Positions 39,737-52,700 of a stretch of 64,000 nucleotides of DNA are shown piece by piece. Each line of letters opens with the position of its first letter. The first letter of the stretch is position 1. The position numbers and the translations under genes were made by a program. Source of the stretch: Lobosporangium transversale. Taxonomy: Eukaryota. The DNA lies in contig NW_019028980.1 of NCBI RefSeq assembly GCF_002105155.1, positions 496,001 to 560,000 on the forward strand, read 5' to 3'. The notes beneath the pieces were generated by a model that had not been told where the DNA came from, did no database searches, and saw only the letters and a program-made list of their open reading frames with translations.

Positions 39737-40721
39737 ATGTCAACAGAGAACGCTCAGGATATGAAGCAGATCATTGGTTCAACAACCGATGACCTTGAAA
39801 GAGATATTGACGACGAGGTACTTTAAAAAAAGGAAGAAAATCCCGTTATTAGTTCAACCCTTTTTCCACCATATATTTTCAACAATCAGGATATCCAGAT
39901 TATACTGACAAAAAAATATCATAATTTTCTCGGCGTCATATATTCCCTACTCTCCCGTTATCTCTCTTTCCAATCAATTTCAGGAAATTGAGGCTATGAA
40001 GCAACGCGTGAAGGAAATGGAAGCTGAGGCTGCCAAGCTGCGTGAAATGCAGGCACAGGCAGAGAAGGAGATGAATATGACTGAAGAAGGTAAAAATAGT
40101 CTTTTTTTTAATTAGTCGAGATTATACTTATTTTTTTCCATTAAATGACGTTGAATACTAAGCAGCCCCTTTCTTCATTACAATCTAGATAAAGAAGCTG
40201 TAGATGCAAGATCAGTCTATGTAGGCAATGTGGACTGGGGCTCAACACCTGAAGAGATTCAGGCACATTTCCAATCATGCGGTACTATCAATCGAATTAC
40301 TATTCTTTGCGACAAATGGACTGGTCAACCCAAAGGATATGCTTATGTTGAGTTTGCTGACCCTTCCTCTGTCGCCAATGCCATGGTCTTGAATGAATCA
40401 CTTTTTCGTGCACGTCTGATCAAGGTTCGTGAAGGAAGCAAGTGAAGAAACATAGTATTTCAGATTTTAAAGCCTTTAATGATCCACCTCTAAATCTTAC
40501 CTCTTTCTCAATTTATAATTGCCAGGTGACACCAAAGCGTACTAATGTTCCAGGAATGGCTGCTAATCGTGGACGTGGTCGTGGCAGAGGTGCTTATCGT
40601 GGTGGCTTTGCGGGCCATCACGCCTATGCCCATCAGCCTTATGGCCCATCACCACCCGCATACGGCCATCCTCCATATGGAGGATACCGTGGCAGAGGGT
40701 AAGATACTCGCCAATGAGTCT

Positions 40722-40763
<42 letters not shown>

Positions 40764-40872
40764 GGATTTTTCCTTTAGAACAGGGATAATCGCCACTTGA
40801 GTTAACATTTATTAACATTTGTTTCATTTTAGTCGTGCTCGCGGTCGTGGGGGATACTTTGCTCCTTACTAA
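39737..40872 (+). CDS. PABPN1: Nuclear poly(A)-binding protein 2 (PABPN1/Pab2), about 211 aa. Exons 39737-39817, 39984-40089, 40189-40424, 40526-40698, 40833-40872
   Basis: Coiled coil [39 protein letters not shown]...[35 protein letters not shown]-rich tail ending GYFAPY*. A 5'-UTR intron at 39089-39735 is possible. Confidence 0.95.
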
Positions 40873-41371
40873 GGACTTTTTTTTTTTTTTTTTTAAGAAA
40901 AAAAAAAAATAAGGAACAAGAAAAAAGAAAAAAGAGGACATGGAGTATCATAAATGGTCGAGGAAGAATCTATGACAACGTGATAGAAAAGGACAAGAAA
41001 AAAAAAGTGGAAAGAATTGGAGCCAAAAAAAAAAAAAAAAAAAAAAAAAAAAGCAGACAAGCGGAAGAAATTATTTGGATAATACAGGGCATTCAGGGAT
41101 AATTTTTTCTCTCTGCTCGAACATTTAGTCAAGAATACGAGCGAATATATACAAGAACGAGAACAAGATCAAGGTTACAAGGACGAGATCGAGGCGAGGC
41201 AAAGGTGTGCTATATCGAGAATGGATTTGTGAGTTGCTCAAGTTTACTTTGTCGTGACATGTTGGACGATGGATCAGGCATTGATTTTTATGTTTGAAGG
41301 CCCGATTCACAAAAAAGAATTGGAAATAAGGGAACAATAGGAGCAATAAGAACAATAGGACAGACACAAAC

Positions 41372-41406
<35 letters not shown>

Positions 41407-42194
41407 TAGAGCGTGTAACATGTCTGTCATATTGTTATGTAACATAATAGATGTTTTTATCAACTGTACAATGAACTCGAGAGTGTGGAAAAGGAAAACA
41501 TCAAGAGTAAAAAAGCGATTGTATTAATTGGCTCAAGAGAGTATTAACATTAGTGTTGAAAAGAGTGGATTTATAAATGCTGATATTATCTCTTGACATC
41601 TGCAATCTTAATTCCTATGGTTTACTGGGTAAAGTTGTGGCAATGGTTTGATAATTCGCATGTAGTGAAACTTGTAAAGTACAAAGCGGCATGTGATCTA
41701 AGTTTCTATGGGCAAGTGCAAGTAGAGATCAGCTCCATCACTTTACTTTCCAAATGGTAAATGGAGTAAATGGACATTGTAACTTTTCTTTTGTCAGAAA
41801 TACATTCAGTCATATAATTCAGGAATATATTAAGGAAATAAGAGCTTGCTTTGATGGACAAGCATATCACTTCGCTCTTAAGAACATTCGATTCGTTGAA
41901 TCTATGAAGCTATGCTTGTTCTGTTAAAGGCGACATGTTGCTATTTCTATTACCGAAAATGTGATGCGACAATCACAAAAAATTCTCTCACACTCTCACC
42001 AAGTCGTACAAGGTTTACAAGCTTTCTCATTGTTAAATGTGTTTGTAGAATTGCTTCTCGCGTGCTTGTAAGTATATTTTTCTTGGAAAGAAACTTGCAG
42101 ATTTGTAATTCTTTATTATTAGTGTCGATGGTATATATCAAAAAGTTTTTAATTTACCATTGCAAAAAAAAAAAAAAAAAAAAAAAAGAGGCCA

Positions 42195-42990
42195 TCAAAG
42201 GTAAAACTTGACAAAGACGGCCAACCAGAAGAGATTGAGCACAGAGGCTTTTAATGCTTTGGAGAAGAAGTTTGGATCCTTAGATCGATAACCAAAGTCT
42301 ATATGAAGGAATTATTCAAAAAGTTGATCAGAGCACAGACTTGGATACGTCATTCAACCTTCATACACGAGCGACAACTTTCTCACGTTTGATGGCATTC
42401 TTAACCCGTTCATGGACACATAATGAACAATGACAGGATACTTACAAATGATGGATGCCCACGCCCCAAAGAGCCCAGAGATTCTGATAAAGCGGAGAAT
42501 ATCATCGTCAGCGATCTTGACAATCCCAATGTCACCACCGCGTCTTGCGCAGATTTGGACTAGGAAATATGTCCAAAGGTTGAGCATTGCAATCATCCCG
42601 AACACTAGAAAGCTCCATAGGCCAGTTGAACCTTTTAAAGAAACGAAGAAAAAAAAAAAATTTATTATTCGATCCCCTTTCGTTTTTTTTTTTTTTTTTT
42701 TTTTTTCCATTTTATATAGACATGTAACATCTAAAGTGTTCAAAAGTACCATTGCTCTTGATAGCAGCATATAATCTCCAAATAAAAACGATTTCGATGA
42801 ACGTGATCATGTATGCAAAATCACGAAAGGGTTTAGCATCGTTCTCTTTCACAAACTGCTGTGAACGAGTAAAGAAGGAATCTTCTCCAAAGCTGGACAT
42901 GAATGCTTGGGATGCTGCATCGTTATTATTCCGATTAGCACGTTTGTTGGCTTTGGGTGCTTTTGCAGGCTTTGGTGGTTTGTTGACCAT
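42195..42990 (-). CDS. Small hypothetical membrane protein, about 176 aa, about 4 TM helices. Exons 42990-42750, 42631-42446, 42298-42195
   Basis: Two phase-1 GT-AG introns give a 531-nt CDS. Basic N-terminus, then hydrophobic segments FAYMITFIEIVFIW, LWSFLVFGMIAMLNLWTYFLV, ISGLFGAWASIIYFG and VLNLFWLAVFVKFYL*. Confidence 0.75.
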
Positions 42991-43292
42991 GATGAAAAGG
43001 AAAGGGAAGAGATGAACAATGAAGTGAATGTGGAGTGGAGAAATGGAACGTTCCCATGTTTTTTCTCGGATATTAAATATTACACGTTACACGTGCTTAG
43101 GCATTATTTTATTTTTTTTTTAAATCTACAAATTAAGCCAACGGTCAACTGCAACAAAAGGAATAAAAATGTTCTCCTTATTGAGAACTTTTGTTCATCA
43201 CTTTTAGTGAATTGCACAATATTATTTTACTGGGAAAGATGAGGAAAAAAAAAAAAAAAAAAGGAAGAACGCCATAGGACGCTCAACAAGGA

Positions 43293-44181
43293 CTAGAAAA
43301 CTACTTCATGCGGCTCTACTATGAATGACTCTCCATTCTCGCGAACACTTTGTCGATTCACGTCTCGTTTTAACGGTTTCCGCATATCTAAAAATAATAA
43401 TAATAAATTGATAAAATAAGTCCAAATAAATAGGATAAAGTCATAATAAATAATAACAGCAACAACAACAAAAGGCTTACCAAAAGCGTCTTCTGTTGTC
43501 TCGCCATTATAATATCCTCTCACAGTTCGATAGATTGAGTAGCCCAGCTGTGTATACATCTCAATGGCGACTTTGTTGGACCTCCTGACAAACAGATCGA
43601 CAAAGTATCCATCATAAGGATATTCTGAAACCCTTTCCAAGAGATCCATCATTCCTTGAGCTAATCCTAGACGACGATATTCTGGCGCAACAGTGATAGC
43701 AGTGACGTGACCATGCCAGTCTGTGCCTTTACCCTCTGCCTTTCCCATCACATAGGCCATCAAAGTTGAGGATGGAGTACATTGGACAGAGAATAGATCG
43801 GGCCAACGAGCAAGATAGGATAGGTAGAAAGAAATGTTGTACTAATTCGAAAGGATATTTATAAGAAAAAAAAAAAAAAAAAAAAGGACATCCGATTAAA
43901 ACCCTGTGGAAAAAAATACAAAATTAATGAAATCCTACCGCAAGCAAGAAGTTACAATACAGTCTCAGTCAACGAGTCCAAGTTACTGATAAAAGGTGAA
44001 ATAGCCAGAAGGAATTTAAAAAAAAAAAAAAAAAAAAAAAATTGGCGCGTATCAGTAAAAAAAAAAAAAAAAAAAAACAGAATTTATGGGCGCATCCATT
44101 TGTCCTTCAAATGTAATTTCAGTTTTACATGGCATTGAAATTGAAGAGATCTGTGGCCTTGAACTGTCGTAAGCTACTCAT
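43293..44181 (-). CDS. NAT3: N-terminal acetyltransferase B catalytic subunit (Nat3/NAA20), about 177 aa. Exons 44181-44129, 43985-43961, 43841-43481, 43387-43293
   Basis: MSSLRQFKATDLFNFNAINLDSLTETYNISFYLSYLARWP, WHGHVTAITVAPEYRRLGLA, FVDLFVRRSNKVAIEMY, EDAFDMRKPL. Includes a 25-nt exon. Confidence 0.96.
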
Positions 44182-45284
44182 GGCGTTTTGTTTTGTGTAG
44201 CTCTATGCTCTGGTACTGGTGATGTTGAAATTAAAGCATTCCCTTCGCCTAACCCTACGGTAGACTTTTTTTTATTTCGTACAAGCCACCCATCAGGCAA
44301 TGCGTTCTGTATCAGATTTTGTACCAGCTTTACAAATAGAGAGATGCACAACAAATCATTCTATCGTTTTTCGAAAAGTTTAAGCTTGAGCTTGAGCTTG
44401 AGTTTACATAGGGTGCATTCTCTCTGACCAATCTAGACTATCGGGCTTTATCCTATCTTAGGGATTGCCCGTTCTCCTTGCCCAGTTTTGAGACTAGCCA
44501 GCTTCTATCGACTGACCACTTGTTCCAAATTGAAAATAAGAAAAAAGAAAAAAGAAAGGTAGCAAAGTAGGGTATTAGCCAAGATACGGTTAATTAAGAC
44601 AGATTTGATTGAAATGAATTGACAATCTAGCCCTTTATTCGCAGGGTACGGATGAAACGAGGTATATATATATATACATAAAACTAGATGCGGCACACTC
44701 GTAATTGAACCAGCAGTCTTTGGTTGTTCTAATAAGTGGAGGAGCTAATAGCTACTGTCAATGTTACTTCTCTCAAAGCTTCTCTCTCTGCTAATAGATC
44801 TTGACAATTAAGCCTGGATGTCTTGAAAAAATTAAAGGCGCAAATGTCAATTGGTCCGTGTTATTTTTAAAACGAAATGTGTGCACTGTGCACAGATTCA
44901 GGCCCAAGGCACAATTGCTAACCTTCTTGCAAACAAACTTCTGTAATGGCCCCTAGGTCATTCAAGATCCCAACGAATGTTGTTGGGCTTATATTATATA
45001 TTTTTATTTTTTTTTATTTTTATTTTTTTCCTCTCCCCTTTTCCCCTACCTCCAGATCATGCGACTAGTGAATGTCCTTTGAGGTCACACAGAGAGGGCA
45101 TTCAGTAATGTGCGACAGAGTGCAGACAAACCTCATTACCTTAAGTGCTGTGCAGTAAAGAATAACTTGGAAGCCACCTCAGTTGCTATGCTTGAATGAT
45201 CTTGAATTGAACTGCGACATCATCTTTAACATTTCTTTTTTTTTTTAAAAAAAAAACATTCACATTTTATTCAGACACATTATA

Positions 45285-45317
<33 letters not shown>

Positions 45318-45479
45318 GGCTCTTTAGCAATTTACACTGTGAGTGCTCCTTTCCGCAGTCTGGGTTAAAAAATAAAATAAAAAAAAAAAAGTTGTGCAAT
45401 TGTCTGCCGCTAATGACGGCTTTTATCATTTTTTGCAGCTTATATTTATATAGTTTTTTCTTCGTTCGCTTAAGGCTAA

Positions 45480-46480
45480 ATGTCAAAACGAGAGTTTCGA
45501 CCAACAAGTCCCAGACGTCCGATGTTGAAATCTGAAGACTCTTCCAGTGGGAAATTGTTATTTACCCACGATTTAGAGCTTTTGCCGCAGGAAACATCCT
45601 TCGGCCCTATCTACACCTGTTTTTGTAAGCATAGGACAGAGGCGAAAGGTCCCATGTTTGAGCACATGAGTAAATGTGACGCTTTTCGGGTCTTTGGCGA
45701 CCATTTACATAGTTGCAATGGGGAACTCATCAGCGAATCCATAATTATAGTACCAAGAGCTCACAACAAGGAAAATGATTACAAAGACAAAGAAAACAAG
45801 GCCACTCATGTCAATCGCGCCAATAATAGCTATATTAATAGCCCTCTTCAAAACAATAGCAGCATTAGCAATGCTAACAATAATGGAAACAATACCAGAA
45901 ACACTAACACCGGCCACACCAATGCTACCCCTGTTGACCTGCATGCTGCCTTTCAGCCGATACTACAGGAACTCGAAAAGATGAATGCCCACTCAGAAGT
46001 GGACCGCAGGGAAACACAAAGATTGTACGAGGAATTGCAAAGGGCGGTAGCTTCCTCAAATGAGGACCGCGATCGAACAGCTAGACATCTTGAGCAATTG
46101 GTTAAGTCTATTGCTGATATTCAAGGCGACAGAGAAGGTAAGAAACTTTTTCTTTCTTGCTTTGTTTGGAGTATATATTGTGGATGTTACTTTTAAACGA
46201 TATTAAATAAAAATAACAATCGCAATAATGATACGTTTGCTAAACCTTTCTAGCCACGAAAAGAGAGCTTGAGCATAACAGAATAGAGCACAATGAGTTT
46301 AGACAAGATATCGATAACCTGTACAGATACCTCAAGCTAACTACCCCAAGTAGGAACGAACGACGTCTGCAGAGAATCCCAAGTGGCGGTGCTGTTGAGA
46401 TTGTACCATCCAGTCAAACAGAGGAGGATGAAATTGATGACAACATTAGTGAATTCGAAAGCAGAGATCGAGATATTTAA
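45480..46480 (+). CDS. Hypothetical protein, about 294 aa: putative C2HC zinc finger, Asn-rich linker, coiled coil. Exons 45480-46137, 46254-46480
   Basis: Phase-1 intron 46138-46253 (AG|GTAAGA...CTAAA...TAG) joins the 238-aa ORF to a second open exon. Motif YTCFCKHRTEAKGPMFEHMSKC; heptad-like LQELEKMN...LYEELQRAV...LEQLVKSI. Confidence 0.7.
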
Positions 46481-46671
46481 TGATATATATATAAAAAGTT
46501 TAATTAAATAAAAGATGGTTTTTGAAATTAAAAAAAAAAGATGTCACCGTGGGGGAAATCCAGGAACTGTGCCGCAGCACTAAGAGTATACATCGGACGT
46601 TTTTTATTTCATTTCATCTTATCAACCAGAACTTATTTGCCAATATTTTCTCGTTTCTTCCTTTTACCCAC

Positions 46672-49416
46672 TCAACCATACTTTGTAACATCATGCAAAC
46701 GCATGACTTCATTCCAATCCTTTCTTCTCCTTCGTTTAATTGAAAAGTAACTTCCAGATAACCGACCTAACCATCCACTGTTACCCTTAATAGTCTTGTT
46801 CTCCTTGACCAGATCCTCTGGATCTTCTGGCAGCTTCAAATACTGTACCGCATACTCATGTACGCGCTCTGCTAATTCCTCACGGTAAGTTTGTAATGAA
46901 ACCATGGTATCTTCAGTCATGAATAATAATCGTAATAACGATAACATTGACTTTGCATTGTGGATTAAATCCTCAAGCCAGCGAATCGTCCTATTGATCC
47001 AAAAAATGGAGTGCCAAAAGGAGGGAAGGAAAAAAAAAAAAATCAGTCATCAATTTCTTGATAAAAGTGTAAAAAAGAAAAAAAACAAAAAAACAAAAAA
47101 AAACTTCAAACTTACAGCCACATGAGAGCGATAATTGCAGGACCAGTGATCAAGGCAATTGGCAAAGTCACAAGGACCCAGAAACCCCAAATCACTGGCA
47201 GGAAGAATGTCGCAATCATTAGCTTATACTGTGCAATCTCATCCAAATTATCCTCAAGCGGGCCCTTTTTGCGAATCTGTCTTTCTTGATATCTACCCAT
47301 GAAAAATAAATAAATAAATAAAAAAGTATTAAGGGAGAAAAGTTTAGAAGGTCCATTATTGAACCAAGGCAGCATGTTAAAAAAAAATGGTTTAATTACT
47401 CAGGACTGAGTTCGACATACCTGACAGCGATAAAGACTGGTGCCCAGAGGAATAGTCCAGGTATGCAAATAGTAGACAGAAGGCACGCGAGAAGAAACCG
47501 TTGGATGAGTTTGCCAATAAGGACTTTAGCAGAAGTCATTCCCTGCTTAATACGATAATCCTTGAGATGGTAAAAGTCCAATTGGTTTTGATAATCCTAT
47601 TAGGCGTTTTTTTAATAACAACAATAATAATAATAATAAAAGCGATATTCATTAGGAAACGATATACTACACTTGGAAAAGAAAAAAAGCAAAAAAAAAA
47701 AATTGTACAAAAGCATAAGTATTACAGCAAGATCGTGGGCCAAAGCATCCATCTTCTGCACAGTCTCAGGGTCCATCTTGACAGGTCTCTTCATCGTCAA
47801 TGAATCAGTTGCTGTTGCACTGCCTCCATTGCTCAATTCTTCATCTTTAGCCTCTGAAGCAGCGGCGGCGGCGGTCTCCTGTTTATGTTGACTAAATGCT
47901 GCCACAAACTTTCGTGTCAGCCTCAAGTACTGACCCAATGAGATCCGAGTGCCCAAGTGACCCGCATACAATTTACGGGCAGTGTGTCCGATCCTGACAG
48001 TATCCCAATCCAGAGCATCCAAGAGGTTTGAGCGGACAGTAGATTCCAATAGATTTGTTAATTTGCGGATGGCTTCGTTGCGTTCTTCCTTGTTGGATGA
48101 ATACAGTTTAGTGTCCTGTTCAGGTGTGAGGACAATCGGTGCATGGAATGTGACCACGACATCTGATCGGAATTTCTCGCGGTGCAAGTAATTAATGGAT
48201 GTTGTTATCAATGTTAGTGAAAAATCGGGTTTGTCTTTAAATCGCGACAATGTCTACACACGCAAAAAAGAAAACCAAAAAGGATAGTTAATAATCATGA
48301 CAAATTTCAAAAGTCGGAGCATCAAAGAGAATTAGATTAAAGACAAACTTACATCACTGGCAATCATGGCAACGCCGGCCTTGAAGGGCGCAAGCTGAGG
48401 ATGGTATCGTGAAATGCCTTCAGGGAACATACTAAAAATCAACCCAGGCAATATGCAGGTTAAACCGGTAGATCTTTTTTTGCAATCCCAAATTATTTGA
48501 TGTCATGATCACATTCTCCAAATGAGTAAGTTTGTTGGTTCGTGTTCATAGACCACTTGGGAATAGATTTGAACATGCATTCCATAACCATAACCTAATA
48601 TCCGGTATTTTGTTATTATCGCTTACCAAACACAACTTCCGGTTCCTAAACTATCGATCAATGCACCCATAGCATCTGTATTGTCCACTTTTTGATTATC
48701 ATAGTCTTTACGCCGTTTAATTGGGATTGTGCCTGCACTCTTGATCACATAGCTTTAATATGAACGAGGTATATGTCAGTAACCTTTTTTTTCTTTTTTT
48801 TTTTTTTTTTATAAATTTGTTGCATCAAAAAAAAAAAAAAAAAAAAAAAAAAAGCATTACTTAAAGACACCTGGCTTATGCCAAAAAGTATCCTTTGCAG
48901 TCAATCGGAGCATACTGCGGCTGGTGGGAGGAACTGTAGCCAAGATGGCAATTGCATCCGTTAAACTATTGCTATGGTTTGCAACTAAAACAGCTCTGTT
49001 TTTTTAGTATACAGTGGTTTGAATTAACTTTGATCCCACATGACATAATGTGGGGTTCATCCCTTTCCCTCTTTACACAGTTATATCATGGCAGTCTTAT
49101 TTTTTTTTAACGTTAAGAAATGATCAAAATTAAATAGTTTACCAAGGATAGCAGGATAGTTGTCCGGAGCAATATTCTCAGTTCCCTCGACTTCAACATT
49201 GCTATAGAATGAATGAAGACACATCTTGAAGAAGAATCGAATGATCTTGTACATGGGCGGAGGCACATTGGATTCATTTACTTCATGGACTCCCGGAATG
49301 ACAGAACGATGGCTACTGCTACTTCTACTACTAGTACTGTTACTACTGCTGGATTTGTCATGGCCGTTACTATGGCCATTGGCTTTGTCCACAGCCTGGC
49401 TGTGGAGATTGGTCAT
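46672..49416 (-). CDS. Glycerol-3-phosphate/DHAP O-acyltransferase (Gpt2/Sct1-like, PlsC superfamily), about 600 aa. Exons 49416-49143, 48984-48861, 48752-48627, 48431-48353, 48253-47726, 47596-47421, 47292-47116, 46990-46672
   Basis: Motif I ANHSNSLTD (HX5D spacing as in Gpt2/Sct1), LTAKDTFW, GTIPIKRRKD, motif III MFPEGIS, APFKAG, YLHREKFRSDV, and C-terminal TM helices. All splice phases consistent (1803 nt). Confidence 0.9.
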
Positions 49417-49714
49417 TGAAGACAAACGAGAGCGTTATGCTGGCGTGGTGTACTTGTACTAAACTATGCTATATGGAGTATATACGTGGCCTGGGAACGG
49501 GTGAACAGGAGGTATGGATGTGCGTTGTATTGTGGTTTCTGAGAAAGAAAGAAAAAGAGAGAAAGTCGTGGATTGAAAATAAAAAATAAAATCCCGACGC
49601 ATGTGGCCCTTTGTCAATTTCTCTCACTAATCATGAATTCATTTGTGTGTCTTTTATGTCTGTTTTACATCCGCTCTAATTTCTTTTTTTACGTTTTCAA
49701 GGAGTTGTCCTATT

Positions 49715-52700
49715 TCAAAAGAAATTGAACTTGCTCAGGCTCCTAGAATGGCGCAACTTGTTTGGTTCGGTCCCAACGGATTTAGTGTACAATTCCTCAT
49801 CATCCAACACATGCGTATCCGTGATCACACGCACAATGGACGGGTCGGGCTGGATCATATATGGCTCTGACTGGCATTGCATCACCGTCGAAATCACCTC
49901 CGTTAGTAAACGGAACTTTTGCCAATGGATCGTTCCATCTTGTCGATTATCTCGATTGCCCTCGCCAATGGACAGTAAATCACCTAAATGGACACCTCTA
50001 CGTTAAGAAAAAAGAAATCAAAAGTAAGCAATGTGTAAAGGAAGGAAGATTAACTTAATACCATATCTCCATCCACATGATGGAAATCTTGGAGTAAAAA
50101 AAAAAAAAAAAAAAACTTACAGATAAGGGATGCAAGGCAGCTTTTGGGTCTTAAGGGCTTGACGATACTCATAAAAACTACGTTCAGAACTCATCAGGTG
50201 CTCTAGCTCTTTAAACGTCCCCCAAACCTCCTTACTCTGTAGTAACTCGCGCGTCTGAACTAAACGGTGGATTGACGATGTGTTCATTGCTCCAATGATG
50301 GCCATCGTCGTGTTGAAGTTCCCCATATCACGGAGGATCTATAAAGTAAAAGTGAATAAAGAAAGTAAAATCTCAGTAAAGGCCTGAAGAAGAAACATGG
50401 TTCAGAATAAATTAAGTAAAATAGGATCCTAACCTTGGCAATGTTGATAAATTTCTCCATCATCTTGGCTCGGCTTTTGACTTTGGAAGAAGACAAGATC
50501 ATGGTACCGACCCAAGACGAGATAAAGTTGAAATGGCTAATGCAAGCTTGGAATGCCGTCGAGCCCTTGTTTGTCTTCCAAACTTGCCGAAGCATGTCTC
50601 TAGGCTATTTAACAAAACATGGAAGAAAAATAATGATTTAAATATCGCAATTAAAGAAAGGATTCAAGCTTTCTTTCTTTCCTTCTATCTTTTTTTTTTT
50701 TTTTTTTTTTTGAAGCCAAGGTTGTTTACCTTTAATTTCTTGAACAAACCAAACTCAAGGTAAGTGAGTTGCGCTGCAATAGCTGCATCCTTGATTTCAA
50801 TAAAAGGAGCATTGCTTGAGAATAAATGATCCATAAGAGGCAATGGGCTGATTCTACCCTGTTGGAATGGATGTACAGGATATTCTTCGCTTGCATCTTT
50901 GATATTACTGCTCAGCAGAGCGTTTGGACCCGTATTTACACCTAGAGACTGAAGGGAAACTTGCGCTTGTTGGACAGCCTTTTGCCTATGGGTTTGACTA
51001 CTACTTCGTTTGCCAATAAATGGGATAGACATTATCGACTGCATTGGTTGATGTTGCTGATGATGATATTGGTGATGATGTTGCTGATGATGTTGCTGAT
51101 GATGTTGCTGATGATAATAATGGTGATACTGTTGTTGATGCTGTTGTTGGTATTGTCGCTGTTGTAGAGGCACCAAATCACCTTCTGGAAGGCTTACTGG
51201 AGTGGCTGCGAAAGCAAAAGATCCTGTGTTTGTAGAGCCTAGACACGCTGACGAGGCAGATCCCCGGCGACTAGCAACGAAAGCCTCCATCGTGCATGGG
51301 GATGAAGCGCGCGTATGAACAAGAGAGCCCGTACTGGATCGGCGGTCTCGAGGCAGATGATGGGAAGGTACTACTCGGTAAGACAAGCTATTGTGACAGG
51401 TGTTGCGGTTATTCCGAGCAATGGAGTGGGTATAGCTGGTGCCATTATTTAACGTAATTGGGGAGGTGATCTGAGCAGCCGCTGCAGAAAATGAAAGCGA
51501 AAAGGGAGACACAGCAACGCTTTCCATATTCAACAACTGACTACTCTTACTGTTCTCTGGGAGAGCATCTTCATCAAACTGGCCCCACTCTCGGTCTTCA
51601 TCTATTTCAAGCTCGCTAGGAGGTGCTGTACTACCAGCCGTAGCCATTCCTGAAGCCAATCCTATTGTTGATGCTGCAGCCGCAGATGCTACATCATAAA
51701 GATTAGGGCCAGAGCCTTCGTCACAAACAGAAGAAGGTTCTGAGCAAGTGGCCATTCCACCGCCGACGCCAACTGTGCTAGATGGCTCAGAGACGGACGA
51801 ACTCCTTGAATCCGATGATGATGGCACACTGCGTCTTTGTCCACATCCTTGTTCTTGAAAGTAAAATTGATGGTCACCATTTGGCCAGCGCCAGGCGTTA
51901 AAGTAATGGATCGATGACAGAGGGAGCAACTTGATATAAATCTCTGTCAAGCATGGGAACAATGCTACGCGCCCCTGCAGAAATGATATAACACATTGTC
52001 GCGTTTGGTGATGAACCAAATCATTAGGATGGTCCTTGAGCCAATAGTAAAGGCATGCACAAATCCTAATACATCAATAGGTGTTTCATTTTTAGGAAGT
52101 GAAAAAAGACCTCAGGATGCAGCGCTCACTCCATGACACTGGCGCGAATATGGTATCTGAGAGCCTTTTCTTACCTTAATCGCGTGTTTTTGGTTTCTTC
52201 GTCATCTTCATCCGGAAATTCACCCAATTTCTCGAACCGCTCGATGAATTTCTCCAAAAGTTCACGGGGCTTAAGGAATTTGCGATAAATCATCAGAAAG
52301 GCCTTGGTCTTTGCAATTTGCTCTATGAAAGAAAAAAAAGTCGTCAAGAAAAAATGGTATTAAGTTTCTGTCGGCAATGTTAGGGAATAACTCATTGCGC
52401 TTGATAGCTGTCATTGCAGTTCAAACGTCTAGTTCGCTCCAAATCGATGTAGGGTATGCAAAAGAAGGAGACTAAATACAAAGTAAAAAAGCAAAGGGGT
52501 AAAGGGAAACGAAGCGGAGGGAAAGAGCCAGGAGGGGAGAGGAAAGTAAATAGCTGAAGATACAAATTAGAAAAAGGAAGAGAGCAAGGGGGAAAATGAA
52601 GTGCAGAAAATGAATAATGAGATGAGGGTAGTGGCCAAGTTGGTGACTCTTAAGATATGAGGAAGGCGTGTTCCACAGAAATGAAGGAACACATTGAGGT

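Noticed and set aside
43961..43985. 25-nt NAT3 exon as a novelty
   Set aside because: It encodes the conserved NLDSLTET segment with canonical splice sites; an annotation pitfall rather than new biology.
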